Assembly: GCA_009103225.1 (NCBI GenBank)
Contig: RHPI01000008.1
Coordinates: 300,015-364,014, forward strand
From: Chlorokybus atmophyticus
Lineage: Eukaryota; Plantae; Mesostigma and Chlorokybus algae
DNA length: 64,000 nucleotides
Direction of reading: 5' to 3'
Of this stretch, positions 38,483 to 50,069 are shown piece after piece. A model generated the notes under the pieces. That model worked only from the letters and a program-made list of their open reading frames with translations. It had not been told where the DNA came from and did no database searches. Position 1 is the stretch's first letter. Every line of letters starts with the position of its first letter. The position numbers were made by a program, and so were the translations under genes.

Positions 38483-41400
38483 ATGGCGGCGGCGGCGGCG
38501 GCGGCGGCGGTGATGGCGGATGAGGGCTCTGTAGCACTGCTATATGAGGAGCAATGTCAGAAGTTGGAGGCTATACAGGTAGCGAGGCCTTTATGCAACA
38601 ATAACCAGCGTGATTATGCTAAGCGCCGGCGGGTTGAAAACAAGTATCATGTTAACCAGTTGAAGGAAGAGTGTGGGTTGACGAGGACTCGTTTGAACCC
38701 TACTGGTGTCTTCTTGTATGCGGTAACGTGTGGTAAGATCTGGAGATGGGAGGGCGATAACTTGGTGCTGGTGAAGGTGAGTGGGTTTGTGTACGTATAT
38801 GCTATGAAACTGAATGCGTGCTTTGCAGTGTAGGTGGTTGATTACATGGCATGTGCAGGAGGCTGATCAACTGGCTGCATTGTCCCCAGCTGGCCATCAT
38901 AACCAGGTAGGGTGTACAGACGCTGTGTGTGCATGCAGGCTCATTATATGTGCATGATCATGCTGATACTTGTGTGCCTATAGAAAGGAGAGCTGAAACA
39001 GCTAAACTCCGAGGGTGAAGATGTCGAGAACCAGGAGAACACTCAGCCGGGCTCTTCTCAGCCGCGCAAGAGGCAGAAGTCGCATCAGCTTGGTCTGCAG
39101 CAGCAGGTGCCATCTGCGCATGCATTGCATCAGCAACCGTCCGCGAACACGTGTGGACCGTTATGGCAAAAGTGTGCGGATGGGGCCAATCCTGTCGCGG
39201 ATGGCGGCTGCTGCTAAAAACGTGCCAAGGACGCCCAGGACACCACTTGGGACACTGCCAGGTGGGCGGTTTGGCAGTTGAGTTGAAGTGGTTTCTTCGG
39301 CACAACAGACCTTAGCCAATGGTAGTGCTGATAAGGCTGTAAGACTGGTAGTGGTCGCTGCTAGCGTGCTATGATATGCAATAATACACTAAATAAGAAG
39401 AGCCTGTGGTGGATGTGTCGGCTTTGATGCGCATGGTCTTGTGTATTCAGATACAATGGGGACTGCAAGAGTGCATGCAGACAAGGCGTATAGGCAGACA
39501 AGTGTGTTCAGCCAATTGGAGATACATGATGCATGGCTATGTGATGCTTAGGAGGATAAGTTCAACACACTGCATGATTTGGGTGGGCAAGTGAATCGCT
39601 TCATCGATCATGCAGTTGAATAAGTTGTGCAGTGGTTTGAGGAATGCTGTGGTCCATACACTGTCCATGTTCGTGGTCGTGGCCAAATGCACTAGCATCT
39701 ATCACGGTGTTGCCAGGATACTGCATGTACATACAATGCGTGTGGCATATGCTCATGCACAGCGACCATCCCACAATCATACCACTCACATTTCACACTA
39801 CCACGTAGTTCACCACCGGGCTACTCTACCAAATCTACCTAATAATGCTAACACCCCGATAGTATGGTGATGGGTGTGCTCAGTGTGTCAAATCTGTGTT
39901 ATATGTTGGCACGCAGTGTCTCAGGCTGCAAGTACAAAGGCTGACAACGCAGCCGAGCCAAGTGTCCAAGGAGCGAGACAGTCAGGCTGTGGAGATGGAA
40001 GGGTTGCGGGCGGCTACTAGCCGCCCGCATAGTATGCGTAATCTGGAGTTGGCGGGACGCATAGGCCAATCCCAAGCGCTGCTGGACGCTAGACAAGAGG
40101 TTCAGCACTTGCGCAAAAAGTGTGAGGTGAGCACTTAATGAAGACTCCTCCTGCAACCTCTCAACCTGGGGTGTCTCTGTGGTGTGGGACTGCACTCTCA
40201 TGCTGTGGTTGGCCGTGTCAGGTAGCACAGTGCAAGATCGTGCGTCACCTCTTGAAAGAGCAGCGGCGGTGTGAGGAGTCTGCACGCGCACGCCAAGAAC
40301 AGGAGGACGAGTTAGATGAGTTGCAACAACATGCTGAGGTGTTGCTTGTACTGATGTGTAGTTGCACCTGGCGGTCCGGTGGGTCGATTGAGGAGTCTGC
40401 ACGCGCACCCCAGGAACAGGAGGACGAATTAGATGAGTTGCAACAACATGCTGAGGTGTTGCTTGTACTGATGTGTAGTTGCACCTGGCGATCAGGTGGG
40501 TCGATTGGGCACTCTGCTGACAGTGTCCCTTCAGGTTTTGGAGACAAGGGTGCGCGAGGAGGCAGAAGTCGGTAACGGCGAAAGGCGTCGCAGGCTCAAG
40601 GCTGAGAGGGACCTGGAAGGGTACCGCAGCAAGCTGGTGGAGTTGGAAGACGTCATTGCCGGTCTAAGGGAGATAGTACGCACTAGCACATCGGTGCGAC
40701 AAACACAGCACGATGAGCGGGTTGCTGAAGAGGTGCGGCAGCTCTTTGCAGCAGAAGTGACTAGTGTGGCGACTAAGGACTGCGTGGAGCCGTTGGCATG
40801 TACCGTTCGGGAAGTTGCTCAGCAACTTTTGCAGAGAGATGCTGTTGTTTTCCTCACGGCAGTAGCTGCCAAGTACAGCATTACGCCGGCGCGCTATCTG
40901 CTGCGAGCTGTTTAGCAACGCTTGCCTGGTGCAGTGGTTGTTGTGACTTGTGCCAGGCAGCAGGGAACTTCAATGATCGGCGCCTGAGCGGACCCACTGT
41001 CATGCCTCCTGCGTTATGGCACACGCGATACCGAGTTGCCTGTCAGTGCACAGGCCACGCGTGCGGGCACCAGTGTACGTGATGCGGACACTCTGCCAGA
41101 TGGCGTGCTGCGTACGCTCTCACGGCTCATGGAGAATGAACGGCAACGTCAGGTTGAGCGCAACAAGTCGGACCCTGACCTGAGTTTAGTGGACTCAAAG
41201 GAGAAGTGGGATGCCTTCAGCGAGCAGCTGTGCAGAGTCTTCGGGGCCCTGACTGGATACAGTGCATTGGAGCGACTGAGAACACCTGGACGGAGACATG
41301 CATCAGCGCTCACCATACTCCGTAACAAGACACTGCTTTTTATGCACACAGCGTTATATGCGCGCAGCAAGTTTGCATACTCGCCACTGCACTTGGTGGT

Positions 41401-44400
41401 CACTGATGAGGTGGACATGCACTCGCAAGGCAACAAGCTGATTCAAACACTCAACCGTCTGGGGGTGTCTGTCAGTCGTGGTCACATTGACCAACACATC
41501 CATACTCGTGCACTGCACAGTCTCCACACCGTCAGTTGGATTCGTCCCAAGCCAGGCGTGCACGTCTTGGCGTCCATAGACAACCTTGACATCAGGGCAA
41601 GACACCAGGCACGCTACAAGGGCAGGCAGGGAGGAGACATCCACGCAACCTCAACTCAACTCACATCCACTATGGGACGTGTTGCACTCCCACCGTTGAT
41701 TCTGCAGGTGAGAGATTGACAATTACTATCTGAATCACCTGTGTCACAAGCACTATAGTCTTGTGCATGTTTTGCTGACGCTGTGCTTGCTACCATGGCA
41801 GCCATCGAGGAACAGAACTATGGCAGAATCGATGGTTCAACAACCAACGGTGGACCCGATGCCGACACAGGCTCCGTTGCCGCGTGCGCCGAGTGTCATT
41901 CGAGCGACCCCATACTCCACTTAAAACATGAAGAGACGTCCGTGGATGACCAGGGAGGCCCAAGCTGCGCTGCCCACGCTGAAGGAGGATTGGGCTCGTT
42001 ACTTGCAGATATCCACTGGAGAGACAATAGTAGTGGCCAATGACATAGAATACCTGCCAGTCCTGCCATTCTGCCCCAACAACATTGACAATCTCAAGCA
42101 CGCACTGCTCCACCTGCGTGCCAAGGTGGGCATTATCAATGACAGCAGCAAGATATGTGTGACCGGTGACCAGAAGACGTTTTTGTTGATGCATTCCCTC
42201 AAGATTGCAGAGCCGAAATACTGGGATTGGGTTACGCCCTTGCCGGGAAATTTTCATGTCCTCATGAACATGCAGCCAGTGCTCATGAGATGGCATGGGA
42301 CGCTAGACTTGCGATGTCACTGGAAGCCGGATTCACGATTTCTACTGCGCGCAACCATCTGGCGGATGGCTCACACTGGAAAAAGATACATAACTGGCTA
42401 TACAAGGTGAGGGAGGCCCTGTACAGACATATGTACAAACTGTGGGTGGCGAGTGCGAGCGAAGAAGTGCTCAGCATGTGTCGCGCTGACCAAGAAGAGC
42501 ATGGGGTGATGTCGTGCAAGTCTGCCACATTCTTCCGCAAATGGTGTACAGAACAGGCAAAGACTAACCACTTGGCAGTTCTGGTGGAACTTCGTCAATC
42601 GGGACATGCTCAATTATCTCGGCCTCTTCTGCTCTGTGCGCCAGAAGATATGGCACCTGCGAATGGCCACATGGAAGGGGCTTGGTCCTCTGCCGTTTGC
42701 GTGGGACCGCTACCATTATCAGAAGGTTATGACTCTGCATCTGGGGGACTTGCAGGTCATTCCTCGGGACTTGCGCGAGATGCTGGCATCAGGTGGCTTT
42801 GCACTTAGTCTTACCGGTGCTGCTGGTCGCATGGTGGCACTCGACAAAGCTCACGAGTCCATGATCAACAGAGATATGAAGATGTCAATTTGCCGCCCTA
42901 TACAGAAGCAGCTGCGACAGAAATCAATGTATCTAGGCGAGCGTAGCCAATCGCACAAGCAGCTGCAGCAGCAGCTGCTGCTGAGCAACACATTGCTCAA
43001 CAACGAGTTGGACGATGACGCTGACGATGACCACGAGAGGGTACTGCGCAGCCTCGCCAAGGATGCGGCAAGGTACGGCAGCGATCTGCAGCACATGGCA
43101 GACTTTTTGCTAAACACTCAAGCGTTGGCCCGCCCTCACCAATTAAAGTTGACTTACCTTACATCAGGGGCGCCTGCAACGCCATTATCAAGTCGGTAGT
43201 AAGTCCATGAAGTCCTTTGTGGAGGTTGAGATCTGCAGAGAAGCTCCACCGTGCAAGTTAGTCGGCGGTTCAACTTGAAGACAATGGCGCCAGCAAAAAA
43301 ACGCATCACTAATCAAGCGACAGTGCTCAAACAGTATCGACAGGAAATGCTTGTGGCCAAGCGCCTAGCAGCAATCGGCGCTGACAAATCTGAAGTAACA
43401 GCCAGATACTGCGAACACCCTTGGGCTCTCTTTTAAAGAGTTGACTGGCAAGATGCGGTCCGGAGAAAAGTCCAAGTTCCTGTCGGAAGTCGCATCACTC
43501 GATGCACCGTGCTTGAGCCGGCTCCTCCACCAGAGGTTGACTGCTTCATCTTAGAGGGCATGTTTCTGATCAACAAGGAATGCCAAATGACAGAAGGAAC
43601 AATTAAGGATTACATATTGCAGCTCATGCGTACCTCGGTCTTCAGTCGTTTGGCCAACCCAACTGTGCGCAGCGTCCATGTGGTGTTCGATACTCTTAGG
43701 CTGCAGAGTGGCGTCAAGTCGTCGCTGCAGCGCTCGCGCGACGGCGTGGCTTCCTCGTCAGGAGGCAGGTTGACTTTGGAGACAGAGCTGCCGCGATCAT
43801 AGCGTGATGTGTTAAGAGACCGCAGTCTCAAGCGATCATTATGTGAACTTATTACGGAGCACATGCCAGCCATGCTTTAAGATCACTTGCGGATCGACAA
43901 AGAGGTTGTTTTCGCTGGGGGTTCTGACAGCATTGTGTTCAGTGACCTCGCAAAAGTTGTTGCACGCAACAACCAATTATCTGTCTACTATGTAACGGAT
44001 TATAGCTGCAACCAAAGTAAGGCAGACTCTAGGGTGTGGGTGCATGCCCACTGCGCACCCTACAACAACATCCTCATATACTCACCGGATACGGATGTCA
44101 CAATGATCGGTGTGGCAGTAATTGGGAGCTGGGGTACGTCTCTGAAGGAGGTATGTGTGCAGTTGGCCCAGCACTCCAGTGGGTCCACTCGTCCACCATT
44201 CATCAACCTGAACACCTTGTGGGAACATGTCAGCTGCATGCATCAAGTCGCCAGCATGCGCGTTGGCCGCAGGGTGGCTGCTGCTTGTATATGCTGCCAC
44301 GGGCAGCGACTACGCTTCGTTCATTGGTGGGATCTCCAAGCAGTTCATATGGCGGACTGTCATGGCTAAGCACGCCGACTTCAATACTGGCGACGTAAGT

Positions 44401-45209
44401 GAAGTGGCGCACCAGACGTGCTTTGCAGTGTTGCGCTTGCTGGGCTGTGCATATTTTGAGAAGTATCGCTATTGGTTTGACAGCGGCACGCCAGCATCCT
44501 TGTTCTACGAGCTCCATAAACCTGACGCCACAACAAGTGATAAGGTATATTTGAGCAACTGGTTGGAAGCCATCCACAATACAGTGTGGAAGAAGACTGC
44601 AACACTGTTACGGCAGCCAGGGAGGCTGGGCGTAATACATAAGAATGAGAATAGTCATAAATCCCACCATGGTCTTTTATGGCTTAGATGGCCGGACCCT
44701 TGTCGTAACAAACACCAAGGGAAACGATGCCCACAGTGGATGCGCTATGGCTGCATGCAATGCGTGCAATATATGCCATGCAAATGTGGATGCAAAGCTG
44801 TGAGGCAAAAATGCACCTCCCTGACCTGGCTGAGTATGGTTTTGAGGAAGTGGACGGTGTGTGGACTGCACTTCAAGATCTCCCGAAGAACATGCAGGAG
44901 GCCAAGAGCAGGAGGCAGCTGATGAAAGGCTGTAGTTGCAAAACTGGCAGATGCATCAGCAAAAGATGCAAGTGCAGGAAAGCAGGACAAGCATGCACCG
45001 ACAGCTGTAGCTGTCTGGGGTGTGACAACCACAGCCCCCAGGAGCCATCCGGTGCACAAGATGCTGCACCATGTGCAAGTGCCACGCCAACCACTGCTGC
45101 ACCAGTTTTCGCACATGTGGATGTGGACATAGACTGGGACTTTAACGACTTTGATGACAGCAACAGCGACGTAGAAGACCTCATCAACATGAACATGGAT
45201 GACATTTGA
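38483..45209 (+). mobile_element. Academ (AcademX-type) DNA transposon gene, decayed: DDE transposase + XPG/PIN-like nuclease + Cys8 finger
   Basis: LNRLGVSVS...ASIDNLDIR...GDIHATS (41.4-41.7 kb), VTGDQKTF and LPGNFHVL (42.15-42.27 kb), VALDKAHESMINRDMK (42.83 kb), PWALF...GKMRSGEKS, CFILEGMFLI, VHVVFDT, CNQSKADSRVWVHA, ILIYSPDTDV, ATGSDYASFIGGISK, WLHAMRAIYAMQMW, GCSCKTGRCISKRCKCRKAGQACTDSCSCLGC. N-terminal spliced coiled-coil exons run from ATG 38483. Several stops and frameshifts; TIRs not found. Confidence 0.85.
40273..40506 (+). repeat. 117-bp tandem duplication across an exon-intron junction of the Academ gene
   Basis: GAGGAGTCTGCACGCGCAC...GGTGGGTCGATT at 40273-40389 and 40390-40506. 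Confidence 0.92.
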
Positions 45210-45368
45210 CTGCGTCTGAAAGCATGTAATGGACCGATACGCTAGGCTCACAAAATTAGGGTTTACCTCGCTTTATTGGGGTTCAGCAATCGGAGAGGCG
45301 GCTCACCTTCCGCTGTTTCAGGGGCGCTGTGCAAATCTGGACCGTGCACTGTGTGGTCCCATCCTCCA

Positions 45369-46941
45369 ATGGCGCCAACACTCACATGCATTGTCTGCCG
45401 TGCATACATCGTAAGCAACGGTCAGCGTCCTCGTCTATCCCGACACCCATCCCAGTGCTAGTCTTACCACCAGCGATTCGGCTTCACCGCAGCATGTTGG
45501 CACCACCACGCCGCGGGGCAGCACATCCTCGATTGCAGAGCCATTCGTCGCTGCAAAAATCCAGAGTTCTTCATATCAGAGTGCACCTGCAATGCCTGTC
45601 AGTGCTCTGCCTTCGAATGGAATGGGCAGCTCATGCGGTATATGCCATACTTGCGTCCCAGTTTCTCGCCGCAGGCACCTGACCGCCGACAAAAGCAGGA
45701 TATGAGAGGCAACAAGAGCTATGCACAGTGTCCTGCGTCGAGAGAGAGCAATGCGCAGCCATGCCAACTACCATGCTGCGGACGTGGAACGCACATTACG
45801 CAAGTTGGCAACATTGAGCATTCCCAGACCACACCGACGGCTGTCGGCACATTGGACACCCTTGCAACGCACCGCCGCCGTTGCAATGAGGGTGGTGTCG
45901 CGTTGATTGGCAGTGCTATCATGGTATACTGGCCAGCGGATTCAAAGTGGTACAGTGGCGCTGTGGCGTACAGCACTGACAGCGGTGGAACCACATAGTT
46001 GTTGTCGTACCTGTCATACCACCCATGCTGCCTGCAGTCACTGACATGCCGTCTTTGGCCGCCACTCTATCCGCTTTAAGGATGACGATGTGCAGCACCT
46101 AAAGCTAGCATTGCACAGTGTGGCCGTAACTTTCACGCACAATGGCAGGTTGTATTGCATACTGGTTGGAGGACAACGTGTACAGCAACATCGCAAGCCC
46201 ACCCCACCATTGCCCTCCCTACCATTGTGGACCGACTCAACTCTACTCCTTTTCACACATACTCACATCCGTGGTGACGGTGTACCACATCGACCCAGGG
46301 CGCTGAACCTTTGTTGCGGTGGTGGTGCAGCCATCATGGGACTTTACCGCGCTGGCTTCAACGTTACTGGCATGGACATCAATACACAACCGGAGTATTC
46401 ATTTCCATTCATGCAAGGTGATGCCATGACACACGATCTTACCGGCTACGACTTAATATGGGCTAGTCCACCATGCCAAGCATATGTGACATGCATATCT
46501 GAGGCGCAACGCAGAACCCATGATGCCCATTTGCAGCACAGCACTCTGCTACCCAACCTGCTCAGTCGACTGCAAGCTGGAGGGACACCGTACATAATGG
46601 AGAATGTACCATCCGCTGCTGTTCAGATGGAGACCAACATGGTGCTGTGTGGGACGATGTTTGGGCTGCCTACATTCCGACGCAGAGTTTTTGAGACAAA
46701 ACCAATCCTCAACGCGGATCTTGTATGTGATCACAAGTCGAAAAGCCTAGGCAACTTGTCTGGCCATGCAGGCAGCAATGGAGCATCCAATGCAGGGCAG
46801 GCAACGCTATTAATGTTCCCGGTATATGGCAGAGCAGCATCCCGTGGTACACTCACCGGTTGGCAGCAGGCATTAGGCATTGATTGAATACAAGTAGAGA
46901 CCACCCTAGTCGAGTGCATCCCACACACTTGCGTATTTTGA
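45369..46941 (+). pseudogene. C5 cytosine DNA methyltransferase (phage-type) with upstream Cys/His-rich and Tudor-like segments, interrupted
   Basis: Motif I NLCCGGGAAIMG, II GMDIN, III QGDA, IV ASPPCQ, VI MENVP, VIII LCGTMFGLPTFRRRVF; after TGA 46885-46887 the frame continues IQVETTLVECIP (motif X-like). Upstream VYWPADSKWYSGAV (45924-45965) and RHSIRFKDDDVQHLKL (46060-46107) form a Tudor-like pattern. Exon from ATG 45369 is Cys/His-rich and is followed by a candidate intron at 45638-45674. Confidence 0.8.
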
Positions 46942-47295
46942 ATACAAAGGCAGGCAGATGTTGAAGATGTTAGGATACACACTCAGCAGCGGCCCCTTGT
47001 CATGGTCAGCCTAAGGTCCTGCGAGGTAGTGCCAGGCAGCTACCTTTCACGACCTCTACCATACTATAGACATGAGTCCGACTGCGAATCCAGCGCTGTA
47101 CACATGCTAAGAGTTCATCACACAGTTATTCAGCAATCCTGAGTTATACACATGCTAGTTCAGCCGACACTGTTCATCAGGCATGCTGGCATGCAACACT
47201 ACCAATACTGGACAGATGTCAACATGGCCACCTGTTGCATACGTGTGCCGGTGGCCGGGCACAACTCAGTCTTCATGCGACGTATATGATGGCGC

Positions 47296-48640
47296 CTAAA
47301 AAGGCTCATCCATGTGCACAGCTGTTTCGTCGTACGCGCCATACTCTTCCTTGCCAGCGTCACTCTGCTTAATGTGAGATGCTTCGTCAACGTCTCTGTA
47401 TGCTTTGTTGACATATATATGTAGCTTCCATGTCAACTGAGAGATCACGCTCTTGTTGCGCTTGTAATGGTCTTTGTGCTTAGACTTTTTGTCTTTAAGG
47501 ACCTGCATCTAGCAATGGCCCATGTTCAGACAAAGTCACATGCACATGTGACAACAAATGCACCGCACTACATGCATGTTCTGGCACCACAAGCATGATT
47601 CCTGCATCTGGCAATGATTGCCCATGTTCACACCTAGTGAAAGGCAGAATATACCGAAGAATAGCAAAGCCATGCACAAGTATGGCTTGACCGTTATTTC
47701 ACACAACCTCAAACGATGAGACAACAGCACCAGTCACCTTGTTAATTTCCTCCTCTCGCGCCGCCTTTCGCACCTCCAACTTGCGCCTCAGCTCTTTGAT
47801 TGTCCGCACTAGGCACGTGACTTGCCCAACAGGCACAATGCCCATTAGTACACAGTCTTTCCTCGGCCAGCAATACCATTACACGGCACTGTCATTTGCT
47901 GCCTGAGACACTCAATCATCTGCTTCTCAAAGGCCTTGTGCTGTTTGTCATTTTCCTGAAGCTGCGCGCGAATCTCCATCAGCTCCGCATCCTTGGCCTT
48001 CAATTCACGTTCGCACGCTGTACGCACGCACTCGCGTTCATTGCAACAACCAGTAAACTCAGACCTGTGGTTCGAGCATGACGCACGCCACTCCTCATGA
48101 CACAACTTGAACACGTTTGGCTACGCCGCTTCTATATGAAAGCATCAACACTAATGACAATGTATGCATTCGGATTGCTGCAGTTGCCATGCTGATCAAC
48201 GTGTCGCTCATGGGACCAGGATGCATGCGAGCAGCAAGTATATTATATTGCAACCTGGTCAACAATACAACAACAGCACAACCAAACACCTGGACAGGCC
48301 AATGATCCCTAACACACTGTGTGGACCATGGGACAGGATGCATGGGAACATCACATTCGCTGGAGGGGGTTGTATAAGGGTTTCGGGATTGCACTTACAC
48401 TGCATGCATACCTTCTTGAAAAACGTTGCAGATGTTGCCATCGGCCTGACCAACCAACCCTCCCTAGAAGTCTGGCCTAAGACGGCTGCTGCCTGCCATG
48501 CCGCCCGCTCTGTCCGCCGTGTGCAAAACTTCACCGGCGCACGCCACACCAGATCCGCCACACCCAACACCAAGCCCTACAGCAACGCCGCCCCAACACC
48601 CACACTTCCGCCTCCCACGCAGCACCACCCCCACATTAGC
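47296..48640 (-). pseudogene. Degenerate spliced coiled-coil protein of unknown function
   Basis: Charged helical segments ERELKAKDAELMEIRAQLQENDKQHKAFEKQ (47845-48114) and VLKDKKSKHKDHYKRNKSVISQL (47296-47508) with GT-AG boundaries; frames do not join cleanly. Confidence 0.4.
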
Positions 48641-49382
48641 AACAACATCAACCACCCTAAACTCTAACTTTTGCATGACAGAGCCGCTGATACTTCAATC
48701 AAAGACAACCAGATAGAGTGAGTGAAAAATTTTCAGTTTGTCATTAGCTGCACACATAAGCTGTCGTGGCATGTCTATAATCCTGCAAAAGCTGGTACAC
48801 CTGTGCTTGCAAAGGTCAAACGCTGACCGCATGTCGCACACACAGAGAAAACATACACAGCTTGTCTGGCGGTCTCGTAAATAACATTCAACAGACATCC
48901 ATAACAGCTATACAGAAGGGTGTCGCAATCAACGAGCCATGAACAACTATCAGTCGCTCAAAACTGCATTATGCTACGGGCCTGGCAGGATCCGACAGTC
49001 TCCACACCCCACCTGGTCTGTTGTTAGTGAGATCGACTTCGGCTTGCACAATTCACATGCATCAACAGCATGCAGCATGGTATTGCTGATTAACTCTGTC
49101 TATGCACACGCATTGTCTGCGCATAAGCGCTAGACTCAAATAGCAGAATGTGTGGGCTGCAGGAGTCAACCCAAAAGACACACCCAGCAATTGCTCTATC
49201 CACCAGCGGCTGGGTCTCGGGACTGTGACACCATTGCAGCGCAATAACGATCAACGCTTGCGTCAGCATGCACACAACAAAGCAGTTAAGCAATGCAATG
49301 CATAATGCGGACATGAAGATGACAGATCATAGCGTCACAATAGTTGGCATGCACACAACAACGGACATGAACAGGGACTGCA

Positions 49383-50069
49383 TCAACCCATTGCAAATAA
49401 ATGCGACACACGTGTGAAAGGTGACTGCTCACCAGGTCGGAGAGGCATGACTGGCTGCCAACCACCCCCCTCCACTATAAGGGGTGGGTAGGGCAACCCC
49501 GGAGTGTCGCCATAACCGTCGTCGTCGCCGCCCTGCAGAGGATGCAGGCTCCACTGCCCCACTTCAAATGGCAGCCAATCAGTGTCATGCCACTGCTCCA
49601 CCCAATGTCTTCGCCTCCCGGGCTCCATATCACTAGTGGTAGCAATCACCCACCGAGCAAGCACAACCCCACCCTCGACATGCTCCATAACCAGCAGATC
49701 ACTACTTAATTGCAGTTGCATGCCTCCCTCTCGCCGCACACGATGCAAACTGTATCTAAAGCCAAACCCACCAGGCAGCTCGACATGCAGCTCCCTGACG
49801 CCATCACTCGAAGCAGACATGGAGTCTGCGAGAAGAGCTGGACATCCCAGCGACACCTGACGACTGCACGACATAGTATTCCAACAAATTACGGCAACAT
49901 TATACACACACCGCATATGTCTAACACATGCCCATATAACTAGTGCGCCCACCTGCTCATATCCAGCTTGGAAGAACGAGCCGCTCCGTCGAATATATGG
50001 CAACGGACCATCGAGCGACAATGAAACACTCAACGGCACATGGTCATCGTCGTCGCCATGAGCCGCCAT
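49383..50069 (-). CDS. Orphan two-exon hypothetical protein (about 200 aa)
   Basis: Open frame 49383-50144; ATG 50069 MAAHGDDDD...GYEQ, candidate intron (GTGGGC...GTCAG), then VSLGCP...WVEQWHDTDWLPFEVGQWSLHP...; no family recognised. Confidence 0.45.
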   Translation of the reverse strand: MAAHGDDDDHVPLSVSLSLDGPLPYIRRSGSFFQAGYEQVGALVIWACVRHMRCVYNVAVICWNTMSCSRQVSLGCPALLADSMSASSDGVRELHVELPGGFGFRYSLHRVRREGGMQLQLSSDLLVMEHVEGGVVLARWVIATTSDMEPGRRRHWVEQWHDTDWLPFEVGQWSLHPLQGGDDDGYGDTPGLPYPPLIVEGGGWQPVMPLRPGEQSPFTRVSHLFAMG

